A DNA stretch of 64,000 nt, from positions 1 through 64,000 of the forward strand of contig CBDBGZ010000009.1 in NCBI GenBank assembly GCA_965205425.1. Reading direction: 5' to 3'. Below are positions 48,181-59,061 of this stretch, piece by piece. A model generated the notes under the pieces. It did no database searches. It was given only the letters and a program-made list of their open reading frames with translations, and had not been told where the DNA came from. The first letter of the stretch is position 1. Every line of letters starts with the position of its first letter. A program made the position numbers and the translations under genes. The DNA comes from Nitrosopumilus sp. Lineage in GTDB: Archaea; Thermoproteota; Nitrososphaeria; Nitrososphaerales; Nitrosopumilaceae.

Positions 48181-48968
48181 TTTGATTTTTTAAAAAATTT
48201 ATACAAATAGTAAGCTGTCAGTCCACCAAGAATTGAAGTAATTATTAGAAATGGAATAAATAAATCAGATGTAGTTGTAATTAATTCACCAGAAGACAAG
48301 GCTACATCAGTAACGTCTAAAGATTCTTCTTTCAACTTTTCAGATACTTCAAATGCATCTAAATCCATTTCAGATTCAGAAATCGTTGGAGTAGACGCCA
48401 TGGTTGGTTGAGCAGATTCATCAGCAGCAAGAGATTTTGAAGATTCAAAATTTTGTGTGGAATCTTCAATAGATGAAAGTTCTCTACCATACATAGGTTC
48501 AACAATTGGGATTGATGGATTCTTTTGTATTTGAGATAATGAAAATAATCCAGATAATCCAGTTGCCATTCCAAATCCTGCAACTTTGTAAATATGTCTA
48601 AAAGAGCGAACTAGAAGTTTACTTTCTCTAGTTTTATTAGATAATGTGGGAGGGACAATTACAAGACTAAACTTTGATGCAGTGTAAACTTTCATGTCTT
48701 GAGATTTTGAATTTTTTTCAATCTTTGATATTTTTACAATGCCAAGATCTTGTAATTTGTTTAGATGATATTTTACAAGTTGAAGAGAGACAGCACTTTT
48801 TTGAGCAATTTGAGTTGCAGTCAATTCTTCATTAAACAATAATTGTAAGATTTCACGACTAGAATTATTAGTAAATATCTCTCCAAAGGATTTGATTTTT
48901 TCATCATCGGTGGCAAGTATTTTGATATTTTCAGTTAAATCATTATCAGAGTATTCATCAGATGGCAT
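48177..48968 (-). CDS. ArsR-type HTH regulator with C-terminal membrane anchor
   Basis: SREILQLL..LTATQIA..LVKYHLNKL; C-terminal TM segment. Confidence 0.82.
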   Translation of the reverse strand: MPSDEYSDNDLTENIKILATDDEKIKSFGEIFTNNSSREILQLLFNEELTATQIAQKSAVSLQLVKYHLNKLQDLGIVKISKIEKNSKSQDMKVYTASKFSLVIVPPTLSNKTRESKLLVRSFRHIYKVAGFGMATGLSGLFSLSQIQKNPSIPIVEPMYGRELSSIEDSTQNFESSKSLAADESAQPTMASTPTISESEMDLDAFEVSEKLKEESLDVTDVALSSGELITTTSDLFIPFLIITSILGGLTAYYLYKFFKKSN

Positions 48969-49116
48969 TAGAGATAGTTAGCAAAATCTAGTATATGTAA
49001 ATTGTTTGGTAAAATTTGAATTTCACTAAACCTTTTATCCCAAACTAGGAAACAATAGTAATCACTAAATTGCAGTTTTCAAAAAAATGAATACCTGTGA
49101 AAAGTGAGGAGAAAAA

Positions 49117-51366
49117 ATGAATTCAAAAATAACAATACCAATTGTAATTGCCATTTCGGTAATAGTTACAGCAGGAATTATGTTTTCATTAGGATTTGAT
49201 AATCAACCACAAATTACAGATGTAGGCGGTCTTGAAACTCAAACAGAAATCATCTATGTGGATAAGACAATTTCAGAATTTTTTGAAGGAAGCAATGATA
49301 TTAAAAAAATATCATCACAAGAAGAACTAAAAGAAATTCTTGAAACATCATCGTTACTTGGAGGGAATTTCTATGACAACAGAATGTTCCGAGCAAATAT
49401 GGCAGTAGACGAAAGTATGGGAGGTTTCATGGGGATGGATTCAGATGTAATGATGGCCGTACCAACAATAGAATCTTCCAAAGTAGAATCAGGAGGATCA
49501 GATTATTCAACTACAAATGTTCAAGTTCAAAATGTAGATGAACCAGATTATTTAAAAAATGATTCAAAATATGTATACATTGTATCACAAAATACACTTT
49601 CAATTATAGATGCACATCCTGCAGAATCTGCAAAATTAATTTTAAAAATTGCACTAGACATTGAATCACAATATATTCAAAACATGTTCTTAAATGGTGA
49701 CAGATTAGTGATTTTCTACAACGGGCAAAGTGATGATGAGATTATTCCACAGTATGACTTTGTCCCAAGACGATCATACAGTTCAATTACGCATGCGTTA
49801 ATTGTAGATGTGTCATATAAAGAAAAACCTGCAATAATCAAAGATTACTCTATTGATGGTCATTTTATGGATGCAAGGATGATTGGTGATTATGCATATT
49901 TTGTAACAAATAGCAACGTAGATCATCAATATCCAAAACTTCCAGTAATCATGGAAAATTCAGTTAGAATTATGACACCTGATGCATTCTACTTTGACAA
50001 TGTTGAACAGTTTTCAAACTTTAACACATTAACTGCAATTGACATTTTTGGAGATAAAATAAATTCTGAATCATTCTTGATGGGGCATTCTGGGACATTC
50101 TATGTATCTGAAGATAACTTCTACCTAACATATCAACAAAACATGCCATTTGGATTTTATGAAAATTCATCACGAGATAGATTTTTTGATGTTGTAGTCC
50201 CCCTATTACCAAATAACATTCAAGAACAAATCAAATTAATCCAAAATGATTCTACAATTAATACCACTACACAATGGATGAAAATTTCAGAATTAATGCA
50301 AAAATCTTACAATCAAATGGATAAAGACGATAAAGAGAAATTATTTGAAATAATTAGAGAAGCATTAAATGAATATGATGCAAAAATTCAAGAAGACACA
50401 CGAAAAACTATTATTCATAAAATTTCAATTGATGAAGATAAAATAGAATATGTTGCAAAAGGTTCTGTTCCAGGAAGGCTACTAAACCAATTCTCAATGG
50501 ATGAAAATGAAGATAGATTTAGAATTGCAACAACAACAGAATATTACATTCAACATCAAGGTACAGTAAGAGCTAATGCAGTCTATGTTCTTGATGAACA
50601 ACTAAACATTGTTGGAGAACTAGATGAGATTGCCCCAGATGAAAGCATTTTCTCAGCACGATTTATGGGTGACAGACTATACTTAGTTACATTCCAGCAA
50701 ATTGATCCATTCTTTGTAATTGACCTATCTTCAGATACTCCAAAGATTCTAGGAGAATTAAAGATACCAGGATTTTCAAATTATTTGCACCCATATGATG
50801 AAGAGCATGTCATTGGATTTGGCAGGGATACAAAAGAAGTAGGTAATGGTAGAGTTCAGCAATTAGGAATCAAAATTGCATTGTTTAACGTATCAGATGT
50901 GAATAATCCCAAAGTTGCAGATGATATCATTATAGGAGATAGTTCAACTCATTCAGAAGCACTACATAATCACAAGGCATTTTTCTTTGATAAAAAAAGT
51001 AAAATCTTGTCAGTTCCAATAAGTGGAGATGCTGAGAATCTTAATGGAATTTCAAGTTCCAAAATGTTTGTACCAGAATATAACCGATGGAGTGGATTCT
51101 ATGTGTTTGACTTGGATGGATCTGAAGGATTCAATCTTAAAGGAACAATAACTCACTCTGCTGAAGATTCACGTTATTACGGAATGGGTAATGCAAGAAC
51201 ATTCTACATAGATGATGTTTTGTATACAGCATCTGAAGGATTTTTGAAGATGAACTCCATGAACAGTTTGGAAGAAATTAATTCAATAAAACTTGAAAAC
51301 ACTGGGAAATTTATTGAATATCTAGATGAAGAAGTAATTCGTGAAGCTATACCAGATGAACAATAG
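49117..51366 (+). CDS. Secreted beta-propeller domain protein (Beta_propel family)
   Basis: YSTTNVQVQNVDEPD, LLNQFSMDE, FQQIDPFFVIDL, LKIPGFSNYLHP. Confidence 0.88.
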   Translation: MNSKITIPIVIAISVIVTAGIMFSLGFDNQPQITDVGGLETQTEIIYVDKTISEFFEGSNDIKKISSQEELKEILETSSLLGGNFYDNRMFRANMAVDESMGGFMGMDSDVMMAVPTIESSKVESGGSDYSTTNVQVQNVDEPDYLKNDSKYVYIVSQNTLSIIDAHPAESAKLILKIALDIESQYIQNMFLNGDRLVIFYNGQSDDEIIPQYDFVPRRSYSSITHALIVDVSYKEKPAIIKDYSIDGHFMDARMIGDYAYFVTNSNVDHQYPKLPVIMENSVRIMTPDAFYFDNVEQFSNFNTLTAIDIFGDKINSESFLMGHSGTFYVSEDNFYLTYQQNMPFGFYENSSRDRFFDVVVPLLPNNIQEQIKLIQNDSTINTTTQWMKISELMQKSYNQMDKDDKEKLFEIIREALNEYDAKIQEDTRKTIIHKISIDEDKIEYVAKGSVPGRLLNQFSMDENEDRFRIATTTEYYIQHQGTVRANAVYVLDEQLNIVGELDEIAPDESIFSARFMGDRLYLVTFQQIDPFFVIDLSSDTPKILGELKIPGFSNYLHPYDEEHVIGFGRDTKEVGNGRVQQLGIKIALFNVSDVNNPKVADDIIIGDSSTHSEALHNHKAFFFDKKSKILSVPISGDAENLNGISSSKMFVPEYNRWSGFYVFDLDGSEGFNLKGTITHSAEDSRYYGMGNARTFYIDDVLYTASEGFLKMNSMNSLEEINSIKLENTGKFIEYLDEEVIREAIPDEQ

Positions 51367-52024
51367 TTGAGACACCACGTCTGTCAAACTCTACATCATT
51401 TTCAATTTCGCTTAGAGTTACAGTAAATGAAATAACATCACGTGGTTTTGCATTCTCTGCATGAAGTTTCAAATGAATATCTAACATTTCAGATTCTTGA
51501 GTGGGCAAATTTTCCTCATCCAACAAAGCACCACATGTAGATTCAATTCTAAATCTATCATCTTTAAAATGAAATCCAAGTTTTATTTTTCTTCCTTTTC
51601 TTCCAGAGCCTTTAACATTTACATCAATTATTCCAGGATTTGTTTCAGCATATCCAGATTTTTGATTTACAAAAACCCCAATTTCAAGAGGTTTTCCAGC
51701 AGTGGACTCAGCCATCTTTTGAATTCCATCATTCATTACTACATCTACTGCTTTGATAGAAGTTGCAACTTTGGCTATCCAATCATTGGTTCGGGTGATG
51801 GTAGCACGAATTCCTGCTCGTCTTCGTTTATCTTCATCTTCAGGCAATTTGTAATAATCAACCCAGGCCTCATAATCATGAGAAATATCCTCGATAAAAT
51901 CAATACAAGTTCTCTTGTAATCATCAACATTGTTAGTTCTCAGTGAAGCATCATCTGTTCTCATTCCATCAAAATCCATAGGCATTGCCATATTATGATC
52001 TAATTGAAGTTCTAAAAAAACCAA
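51347..52024 (-). CDS. Hypothetical protein (start probably ~51990)
   Basis: Long ORF with host-like codon use. Confidence 0.7.
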   Translation of the reverse strand: MVFLELQLDHNMAMPMDFDGMRTDDASLRTNNVDDYKRTCIDFIEDISHDYEAWVDYYKLPEDEDKRRRAGIRATITRTNDWIAKVATSIKAVDVVMNDGIQKMAESTAGKPLEIGVFVNQKSGYAETNPGIIDVNVKGSGRKGRKIKLGFHFKDDRFRIESTCGALLDEENLPTQESEMLDIHLKLHAENAKPRDVISFTVTLSEIENDVEFDRRGVSTIVHLV

Positions 52025-52039
52025 TCTTGAGAGAAATTA

Positions 52040-52552
52040 ATGAATATAATAGGAATTTTTCAAGAATCAATCATGATATTTTCAGAATTGGTAGATGATT
52101 TACAATTACAACTAAAAAAAGACCTTGCACAAATTAGATTTCTTTTGAAGAAAAATCCAGCCATGGCATATACAAGAATTGTAGAAATAGGCAAAGAAGT
52201 TGGCAAAAGATACAATATCAAATTAATAGTAAATTTTCCAAAACAAGGAAAAATTGAAGAATTTGAAAAATATGGAAAAAGAGATTTGAGTTTAATTATT
52301 GATTATGATAGGAAAAGATTTCCCATAGATAGAGAAGTAATCAAACAAAAAGCAATAGAAATGCTCGGAGAAGTTAAAACTGAAGATGCATACATGTATG
52401 AGAATAAAGAAGGGGTTAGAGTATTTACAGAGGATTGGAAGATAGATATCCTACCTCATTCAGTTCACATTTGGACTGATTTTGATGATAATGTTACAGC
52501 ATTTTGTAATTGGTTAATGGAAAATGCATATGAAATGAAAAGGAATAATTAA
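52040..52552 (+). CDS. Hypothetical protein (start probably ~52073)
   Basis: ORF. Confidence 0.7.
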   Translation: MNIIGIFQESIMIFSELVDDLQLQLKKDLAQIRFLLKKNPAMAYTRIVEIGKEVGKRYNIKLIVNFPKQGKIEEFEKYGKRDLSLIIDYDRKRFPIDREVIKQKAIEMLGEVKTEDAYMYENKEGVRVFTEDWKIDILPHSVHIWTDFDDNVTAFCNWLMENAYEMKRNN

Positions 52553-52561
52553 TTTCAAAAA

Positions 52562-52921
52562 TTACAGACTTTCAAGTTTTTCAAGTAAATCTTGGGCTTC
52601 AGTATTTTTTGGTTGAAGTTTAACTACCAGTTTACAGCATTCAATTGCTTCATTTTTTTGTTCTAATGCTAGATGTACATTAGTTTTCAAGGTCAATGTC
52701 TCAACATCATCACTATCTAATGCAAATGCTTTTTCAAAGTATGGCAATGCTCTTTTTGCATCATCTACAATAAAGAAGGCACTTCCTAAAATGAACATAA
52801 AATCATGATCATTAGAATATTGAGATTCTAAATTGAGTCCAAATTTTATTGCTTCATCATATTCTCCATCTCTGAGGAGTTTTTTGATATGACGTTTGGG
52901 TTTCTTGAAAAGGCCTGCCAT
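52562..52921 (-). CDS. TPR-repeat protein
   Basis: A..YFEKA..LD and A.ECC...VKLQP.N.EA patterns. Confidence 0.8.
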   Translation of the reverse strand: MAGLFKKPKRHIKKLLRDGEYDEAIKFGLNLESQYSNDHDFMFILGSAFFIVDDAKRALPYFEKAFALDSDDVETLTLKTNVHLALEQKNEAIECCKLVVKLQPKNTEAQDLLEKLESL

Positions 52922-52975
52922 TTCTTAATCAAAAATACATTAATTCACAATAATTTGAATGTAGAAGTTTAGATG

Positions 52976-54481
52976 TTAATCATACCAAGCTGGAGGTTCA
53001 GAACCACTAGAAGTAGAACTAGGAGTGGTAGAAGTAGGAATCCTCAATATTCCTTCTTTAATCAAAAATTGGATTCCCTGAATAAAGTCTGAGTCACCTA
53101 TCGCACCATCAGACCACCATCCTGCATTAGTCTTAATCCAATCAGGGATTTCATTAGAACCAGAACTCGAACCAGGTGTTGTTGGAGGAATCTTCATTAT
53201 TCCTTCTTTAATCAAAAATTGGATTCCCTGAATAAAGTCTGAGTCACCTATCGCACCATCAGACCACCATCCTGCATTAGTCTTAATCCAATCAGGGATT
53301 TTTTGTACAGGAATAGTGCCATCTGAAGCATATATTGGAACAGAGAATTTAAGATAATCTGAAGCACTTGATGGAACAATTCCTTCGGGGGATAATCCAT
53401 AAACCCAAACAACATAATTTGCAGTTCCAGGTTCTTCTTCAACAATTAAATCAAGAATAGCTTGTCCAGATGGAGAATAAAGGAAATTCCTACCTTCTTC
53501 TTGTGCAATCGATCTTAATGAAGTTAAATTGTCATCAACAACTAGAAAATCATATTGAACTTGATTTAGAAATTCGGTATCATCATATTTACTGATAAAT
53601 TTAATTAAAAATTGTATTTCACATCCTTGAACAGGATCTTCAGGTCCATAAAATATGTGGATTTGATAATCAAAATTGTTTGTAGGTTTTTTAACACTAA
53701 CTTCTTTTTCAAAATTAGTATCACAGCCCTTTGCAATTAATGCATCTTCAGTAGGAATGACATTATCAAAGGGACTTTGAAGTACATTTTCTCTATACTC
53801 TAATAATGAAAATACGTATTCTGGTGGAGGTATACCTTCAGATACGTGTGTAAAAGTTTTAGCCTTTATAGGAAATGGAAAATCATCAACTATCCAAACT
53901 TTACTTACAGCACCACCAGTTTTCCATCCAACTTGAACTGTTTCCCAAGTACCAGCTGGAACTGTAACGGTTTCAATTGCCATAGGAACTACTTGTTGAC
54001 CACCTATGTTACCAATTTTTCCCCATGATGCTGCTGAAAATTCTTTTGGGCCTTTTCCTCCAGAGCTTCCATCAGATGTTGCAAATGCAGATAACCAAGA
54101 AATTGATGATTTGAAAGCGCCTCTATAAACACCCAAAGACTCACTGCCACCAGTAGGTTCAGGTGCAATCTTTCCCATTTCCATTTCACCTTTAACAATT
54201 TTTTTACCATCATAAACAACTACTTCAGACAACCATTTAGTTTCAGTACCAACTTGGATGTCACCCTTTATCCAAATATCCATTCCAAATTCAACACACT
54301 CTTTGTAATCCACATGACACATAGAATATGAAAAATAATCACCTTTCTTGAGACCTTCACCAGCAAACCAAGAACCTTCTTTGGCAACTCCTCCTGCTTC
54401 AATCTGTGCAAATGCAGATGTAGGTAATGATAAGCCTAAAAGAAGAACAGGAATAATGGATAGTAACAATAATTGCTTCAA
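52976..54481 (-). CDS. Secreted protein with two C-terminal IPDWIKTNAGWW domains
   Basis: Signal peptide, VTVPAGTW, duplicated thaumarchaeal surface domain. Confidence 0.85.
   Translation of the reverse strand: MKQLLLLSIIPVLLLGLSLPTSAFAQIEAGGVAKEGSWFAGEGLKKGDYFSYSMCHVDYKECVEFGMDIWIKGDIQVGTETKWLSEVVVYDGKKIVKGEMEMGKIAPEPTGGSESLGVYRGAFKSSISWLSAFATSDGSSGGKGPKEFSAASWGKIGNIGGQQVVPMAIETVTVPAGTWETVQVGWKTGGAVSKVWIVDDFPFPIKAKTFTHVSEGIPPPEYVFSLLEYRENVLQSPFDNVIPTEDALIAKGCDTNFEKEVSVKKPTNNFDYQIHIFYGPEDPVQGCEIQFLIKFISKYDDTEFLNQVQYDFLVVDDNLTSLRSIAQEEGRNFLYSPSGQAILDLIVEEEPGTANYVVWVYGLSPEGIVPSSASDYLKFSVPIYASDGTIPVQKIPDWIKTNAGWWSDGAIGDSDFIQGIQFLIKEGIMKIPPTTPGSSSGSNEIPDWIKTNAGWWSDGAIGDSDFIQGIQFLIKEGILRIPTSTTPSSTSSGSEPPAWYD
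53048..53301. repeat. Identical 104-bp direct repeat (period 150)
   Basis: 53048-53151 is identical to 53198-53301. Confidence 0.9.
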
Positions 54482-54606
54482 GTCTAAAAAAAATTGGCAA
54501 AACGGATAGTTAAACGTTATTCAAAAATGTAAAAAATGAGAAAAACTAGGAGTAAAATCTTATTCAAATAAGCAAATATAGAGGAATAAGTACAGAAATT
54601 CCAGAA

Positions 54607-54774
54607 ATGTGCGAATGCTCAAAAGTTCACTTGTTCGAAGTAGAATTCAAACTTGATGGGATGACTGTAGTTCCTACTCACAAAAATTGTGGTTTTGGAT
54701 TAGATGAAAAACAAGCAGACAAGTTCCAAAAAGAGTTGGTAAAATCATGGGGCTTTGAGGAAGAAGAAGATTAA
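54607..54774 (+). CDS. Small protein (55 aa)
   Basis: Own translation MCECSKVHLFEVEFKLDGMTVVPTHKNCGFG... Confidence 0.6.
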   Translation: MCECSKVHLFEVEFKLDGMTVVPTHKNCGFGLDEKQADKFQKELVKSWGFEEEED

Positions 54775-54810
54775 TCAAAAAATAAAAAATTAGTATTGGA
54801 AAAAATCCAA

Positions 54811-54954
54811 TTACATATCTTTAGTTGCTTCTTTACAAACGTCTGTATTACATTTGCAATCAGAACTGCATATACAATGACCTTGCATTGCACAATCACA
54901 TGAGTAATCTGGATCGCCGCTGTCAGCTTCGCATCCACATGCTTGATCTACCAT
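54811..54954 (-). CDS. Metallothionein-like Cys-rich peptide (47 aa)
   Basis: Own translation MVDQACGCEADSGDPDYSCDCAMQGHCICSSDCKCNTDVCKEATKDM; four CxC motifs. Confidence 0.65.
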   Translation of the reverse strand: MVDQACGCEADSGDPDYSCDCAMQGHCICSSDCKCNTDVCKEATKDM

Positions 54955-55007
54955 GGTAAACTAGAGATTTTACTTATTTTAAAAGGTTAGTACATCCAGA
55001 TAGAACA

Positions 55008-55892
55008 TTACGCACTTGAAAGGATCTCAAGAATTTCATTGCAAGATTTTTGCACAAGTTCTGATTGTTGCTGAAGAAAATTTGAATCAGCCTCAACATC
55101 AAAGGCAATTTTCAAGATGTGAATAAGGTCTTGCTCACGATTTAAGGTATCCTTGATTTTTACAAAGTTTTCTTTGTTTACATATCCAAGATAAAAATAA
55201 CAATCAGAAAGCATAGAGTTTTTTACAAAGAAATCATGTTTTTGTTGAATTATTTGAGAGTGATTATTTTTTTCTATCAAATCAGAAAAACCTATTGTGG
55301 ATTTTAACATTCGTTCAAGTAATGTTGGAGTAGCCCGTTCAATACCAACAGTCTGAGTAACAATAGAAATATGTTCATTGATTGTATTTTTTTCTAGTTT
55401 TCGAAGTTGATCAAGCATATGTGAAGGACTTGAACGGTGATGATTAATTGAAGAAATAGCATTTGCTAAATAATAACTTGCACATTTTTGCCAACAAGAT
55501 GCAAATACATCGGAAGACTCTACAGATTCTTTTGTTTTTTGACAACAAAATTGTGACTCTATCAAACAATTTTTTGCAAAATCAGAGTACAATGATGCAT
55601 GCTTTTCACGAATTGCAGAAAGTAACATTCGTAAATCCCAAGATTCATCATGAATAATTTGCATTTGATCATATTGAAGGAGTTTATCAGAATGAGTTTC
55701 AGACAATGATGCATGATGAACCATTATAGAATGTTCACCACATTGGATCATTTTTGATTCCTTAGATTTATCATCAAAAACAAAAAGATCATAATCACAT
55801 GAATCAAAAGATAGATCAGAAGTCCTACAACCACCTATTCCAATAGGAAATGAAGATAATCCATTTTGTGCAATGAATTTTTTAATATCCAT
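55008..55892 (-). CDS. Hypothetical protein with a nucleotidyltransferase-like N-terminus
   Basis: IGIGGC...SCDYDLFVFD. Confidence 0.7.
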   Translation of the reverse strand: MDIKKFIAQNGLSSFPIGIGGCRTSDLSFDSCDYDLFVFDDKSKESKMIQCGEHSIMVHHASLSETHSDKLLQYDQMQIIHDESWDLRMLLSAIREKHASLYSDFAKNCLIESQFCCQKTKESVESSDVFASCWQKCASYYLANAISSINHHRSSPSHMLDQLRKLEKNTINEHISIVTQTVGIERATPTLLERMLKSTIGFSDLIEKNNHSQIIQQKHDFFVKNSMLSDCYFYLGYVNKENFVKIKDTLNREQDLIHILKIAFDVEADSNFLQQQSELVQKSCNEILEILSSA

Positions 55893-56067
55893 GTTATGTG
55901 CTAATTGTGATTTTTCTATAAAGGAATCAACTCACAAAGTTTTACAAATTCATGCAAAGTCAAAAACATTTCATCTACAGTGTGGTTTCAAAATATCATT
56001 AAATTATATGATTAATTGGTTGTTTTCTAGTTTTTTATTTATTGAAATAATATTTTTTGTGCGTAGA

Positions 56068-56610
56068 TTATCGTCTCTTCAGATAATCAGACAGGATCTC
56101 ACCTGCCATCTCTACCACATCCATCTCCTTTCTTGCAGCCAGACTCTTCAGTTTTTTGGCATTTCCTTTAGTTAACTCAATTGTAACTCTTTGTTGGAGT
56201 AATCCTATCTTTGCCTTTTTTAGTAGTTTGAGATGCGATGACTTTGGGGAACGTGCAAGTGATTTTAGATACTCTTTTCTCAGTTTTTGATCCAGTGGGA
56301 TTATTCTTTGAGCAATCCTTACAGCCTTTGGCACGTTTGGAACGGTTTGGTATAGCTTGACACAGTCATCACGCGATAATTCCCTTGGAACAAATGCTCG
56401 TAATTTGTCTGGAACTGCTGCAAATCTCAGATATTTTTTCAATGTTTGAGAAGAAATCCCTAATGACTTTGCAGCCTTTGATTTTCCTATAGATTCACTC
56501 AAGAACACACAAGCTGCAGTCATATCTTTAGTGTTCATTTTATTGCGGTGTAAATTCTCGACAACTGATGCTGCCTTTGCATCCTCTAAATCATATTTGG
56601 TACTCCTACA
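56068..56610 (-). pseudogene. ParB/Spo0J-like protein, C-terminal fragment
   Basis: ASVVENLHR followed by HTH KAAKSLGIS; N-terminal ParB domain absent. Confidence 0.6.
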
Positions 56611-56880
56611 GGAGAAAAAAGTTCTTCCCAAAATGTTGATGGAATATCAAGTGAGATGAAACAAGATCTTGCTGCATGTGGAGGAAATCTTGATGCAACT
56701 GCAAAGATAAATTATGAAGCAGGTTCTATGCCGCCATTGGATAATTTGCCTGGAGTAGATATGCCAATAAAACCAACAGTTATGCCAGAAATGAGTAGCG
56801 CACCAATGGATATTCCACCAGGTGCAGTACAACCTCCAGGGCCATTGTACAGTAGAACTATGAGTGCTGATTGGAGCTAG
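56611..56880 (+). pseudogene. C-terminal fragment of a Pro-rich protein
   Basis: Frame open from the ~56611 junction, back-to-back with the ParB fragment. Confidence 0.45.
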
Positions 56881-56973
56881 AAAAAAATCATAAATTATTA
56901 CAATTTTTAATATTTTGTTTTGATTTATTTTTAGAAAAATTATTGTTTTTGAAAATAATTAAAAAAAGAAATT

Positions 56974-57624
56974 CTAAAAGTCGATACCCACAGCTGCTTC
57001 ACCGAGTGATTGACCAAGCAACCCATAACCGGGATTTGCCATTGTAGATGCTGGAACGTATTGTACTTGTTGTGTTTGCTGTTGTAACATTAGGTTTTGT
57101 TGTTTACGATTGTATTCAATCACTTTGAGACGTGCACGTTCATACATTTTCCCTTCTTGTTCTGTCCACTGACGTGATAATAAAGAACGAGGGTTACCAT
57201 GTTTCATCATATAATTCTCAACATACTCTGCAAATTTCTTATCAGCATCAGAACCATTAAACCTACGTCTGTACGGAGGTATGTGATGACGCAATGATTC
57301 AAAATATTCAGAATATGTGGCATATTCTTCATCATTAAGTTCATCTACAAGTTTTAATGGGGTGATTCCTTCTTTTTCACAATCTGCAAGATATTCTTGA
57401 TACCTTTCATCGCTTAATCCTAATACCAGTACTTGGGAAAGTAAAATTTGATTCTTTGAATTTCGGTTAGTTCATACTGATTTCATGACGATATTTTTGT
57501 CAGTGCTATAATTTGAGCATGATATTTTCATAGGCACAAAATTAACATAAAAAAACTAGTGAAAATCGTACAACTGAAATCTACTTTCCCAAGTACTGAA
57601 TACATGTTGAACGGTCACTCTCAT
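56974..57624 (-). pseudogene. Hypothetical protein interrupted by a MITE
   Basis: Removing the MITE and one TSD copy restores MRVTVQHVLGLSDERYQE...FESLRHHIPP. Confidence 0.75.
57427..57598. mobile_element. 172-bp MITE, ISH3-like ends
   Basis: Perfect 17-bp TIR CAGTACTTGGGAAAGTA; 5-bp TSD AATAC (57422-57426 and 57599-57603). Confidence 0.88.
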
Positions 57625-57687
57625 GAGTATAATACGACATTAATCCTTTTAAGGATTTAATCGGATTTCATTAATGTCTAGCGGAAT

Positions 57688-57948
57688 TTGGTTTTCTCTT
57701 TGTTTCATTCGTCCAACATGGATCAGTTTTCTTATAACTCGAATTTAGAGTTAGGTGTAATATTGAGATTATCAGAATTTACCCTATCCACCAACCACTC
57801 AAAAGTACCCAAAAATCATCAAAATTATAAACAAGAGCTTTCTATTTTACTCATGGTATTAGAGAAATCAAAACTCAAAGCAGATGAACCATGGGGCAAA
57901 AAAGACGAAGAAGTATTTGAAAGATATAAAAAATCCCTCAAAAAATAA
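57688..57948 (+). CDS. Hypothetical protein
   Basis: ORF; start uncertain. Confidence 0.4.
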   Translation: MVFSLFHSSNMDQFSYNSNLELGVILRLSEFTLSTNHSKVPKNHQNYKQELSILLMVLEKSKLKADEPWGKKDEEVFERYKKSLKK

Positions 57949-57971
57949 ATCAAATTTTTAATTGAAACATC

Positions 57972-58259
57972 ATGACACACGTTCTTCATGTCCAATTCAA
58001 CAAAGACTTTGAAAACGATAAGAAGATGTATGATCTTGATGTCCAATCTGAAATAATTTCTGCAGTATCTGATTGTGCAAGAGATGTCATCAAACAAAAA
58101 TACGCAAATATACGATGCAATGATTTGGTAAATGACAAAATCCGAAGAAGGGTAACGACACAAAACCTGTATGTCTTTGCAGTTTTAAGAAAATATGTTT
58201 TAATTTTTGTCGGCATTAGGGAAATAGGGAAGAGAATTCCAATTTATGACAAATCTTGA
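57972..58259 (+). CDS. Hypothetical protein, weakly RelE/ParE-like
   Basis: 95 aa; VQFNKDFENDKK N-terminus. Confidence 0.4.
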   Translation: MTHVLHVQFNKDFENDKKMYDLDVQSEIISAVSDCARDVIKQKYANIRCNDLVNDKIRRRVTTQNLYVFAVLRKYVLIFVGIREIGKRIPIYDKS

Positions 58260-58389
58260 GACAATTATAGTAATCTATTTTGGAACATCTATAATTTTGT
58301 CAGTCAGAAAAAGGCAACAGTATCATGATGTTGGCTTTGCCAACCAAAAAATCATAACATCTAAATTTTGATAGTATTTTATAGAAATA

Positions 58390-59061
58390 TTGGAGTATCA
58401 AATTCTAAAAAACCCGATGAGTCTAATTGAGTTTACCCTAAATAAGGGTGAAAAGGTAACTGCAGAGGCAGCTGCAATGGCATACATCAGAGGCAATATT
58501 CTAACTGAAACCAAAATGAGAAAGGGGGGATTTCTCAAATCACTCAAAGCAGCAGCATTTGGCGGGGAATCATTTTTTGTAAATGAATTCATTGCACAAG
58601 AAGATAATTGCAAATTAGGATTGACAGGCAACACACTTGGAGATATACAAGTCATTTCAATAAATGAAGAATTTATCATTCAGTCGGGATCTTTTGTCGG
58701 ATCCACTGGAGATTTGACATTGGATACAAAATGGCAAGGATTCACAAAAGGAATATTTGGAACAAACATGTTTATGCTAAAAACAATAGGAACTGGAGAT
58801 ATTTTTGTCAATGCGTGGGGCGGAATTATTAAAACCGAATTAAATCCAGGAGAAAAAATGACAATTGACAACTATCAGCTAGTTGCATTAACCTCTACTG
58901 CAAATTATAAAATAACAAAACACGGTAGTCTCAAAACAACTCTATTTGGAGGAGAGGCACTAGTTATGGAAATTGAAGGGCCTGGAACTGTATACATTCA
59001 GACGAAAAACGTCATGGAATTTGTAAGGTCAATAATTCCATTTTTGCCAAAAAGAAATTAG
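58390..59061 (+). CDS. AIM24/TIGR00266 family protein
   Basis: GEKVTAEAAAM, GGESFFVN, GGEALV, GPGTVYIQT. Confidence 0.9.
   Translation: MEYQILKNPMSLIEFTLNKGEKVTAEAAAMAYIRGNILTETKMRKGGFLKSLKAAAFGGESFFVNEFIAQEDNCKLGLTGNTLGDIQVISINEEFIIQSGSFVGSTGDLTLDTKWQGFTKGIFGTNMFMLKTIGTGDIFVNAWGGIIKTELNPGEKMTIDNYQLVALTSTANYKITKHGSLKTTLFGGEALVMEIEGPGTVYIQTKNVMEFVRSIIPFLPKRN

Noticed and set aside
53048..53301. DGR template/variable repeat or CRISPR array
   Set aside because: The copies are identical and in frame within a gene; no adenine-specific mismatches, reverse transcriptase or spacers
57688..58259. Toxin-antitoxin pair
   Set aside because: Only weak RelE-like resemblance and no clear antitoxin motif; kept as hypothetical
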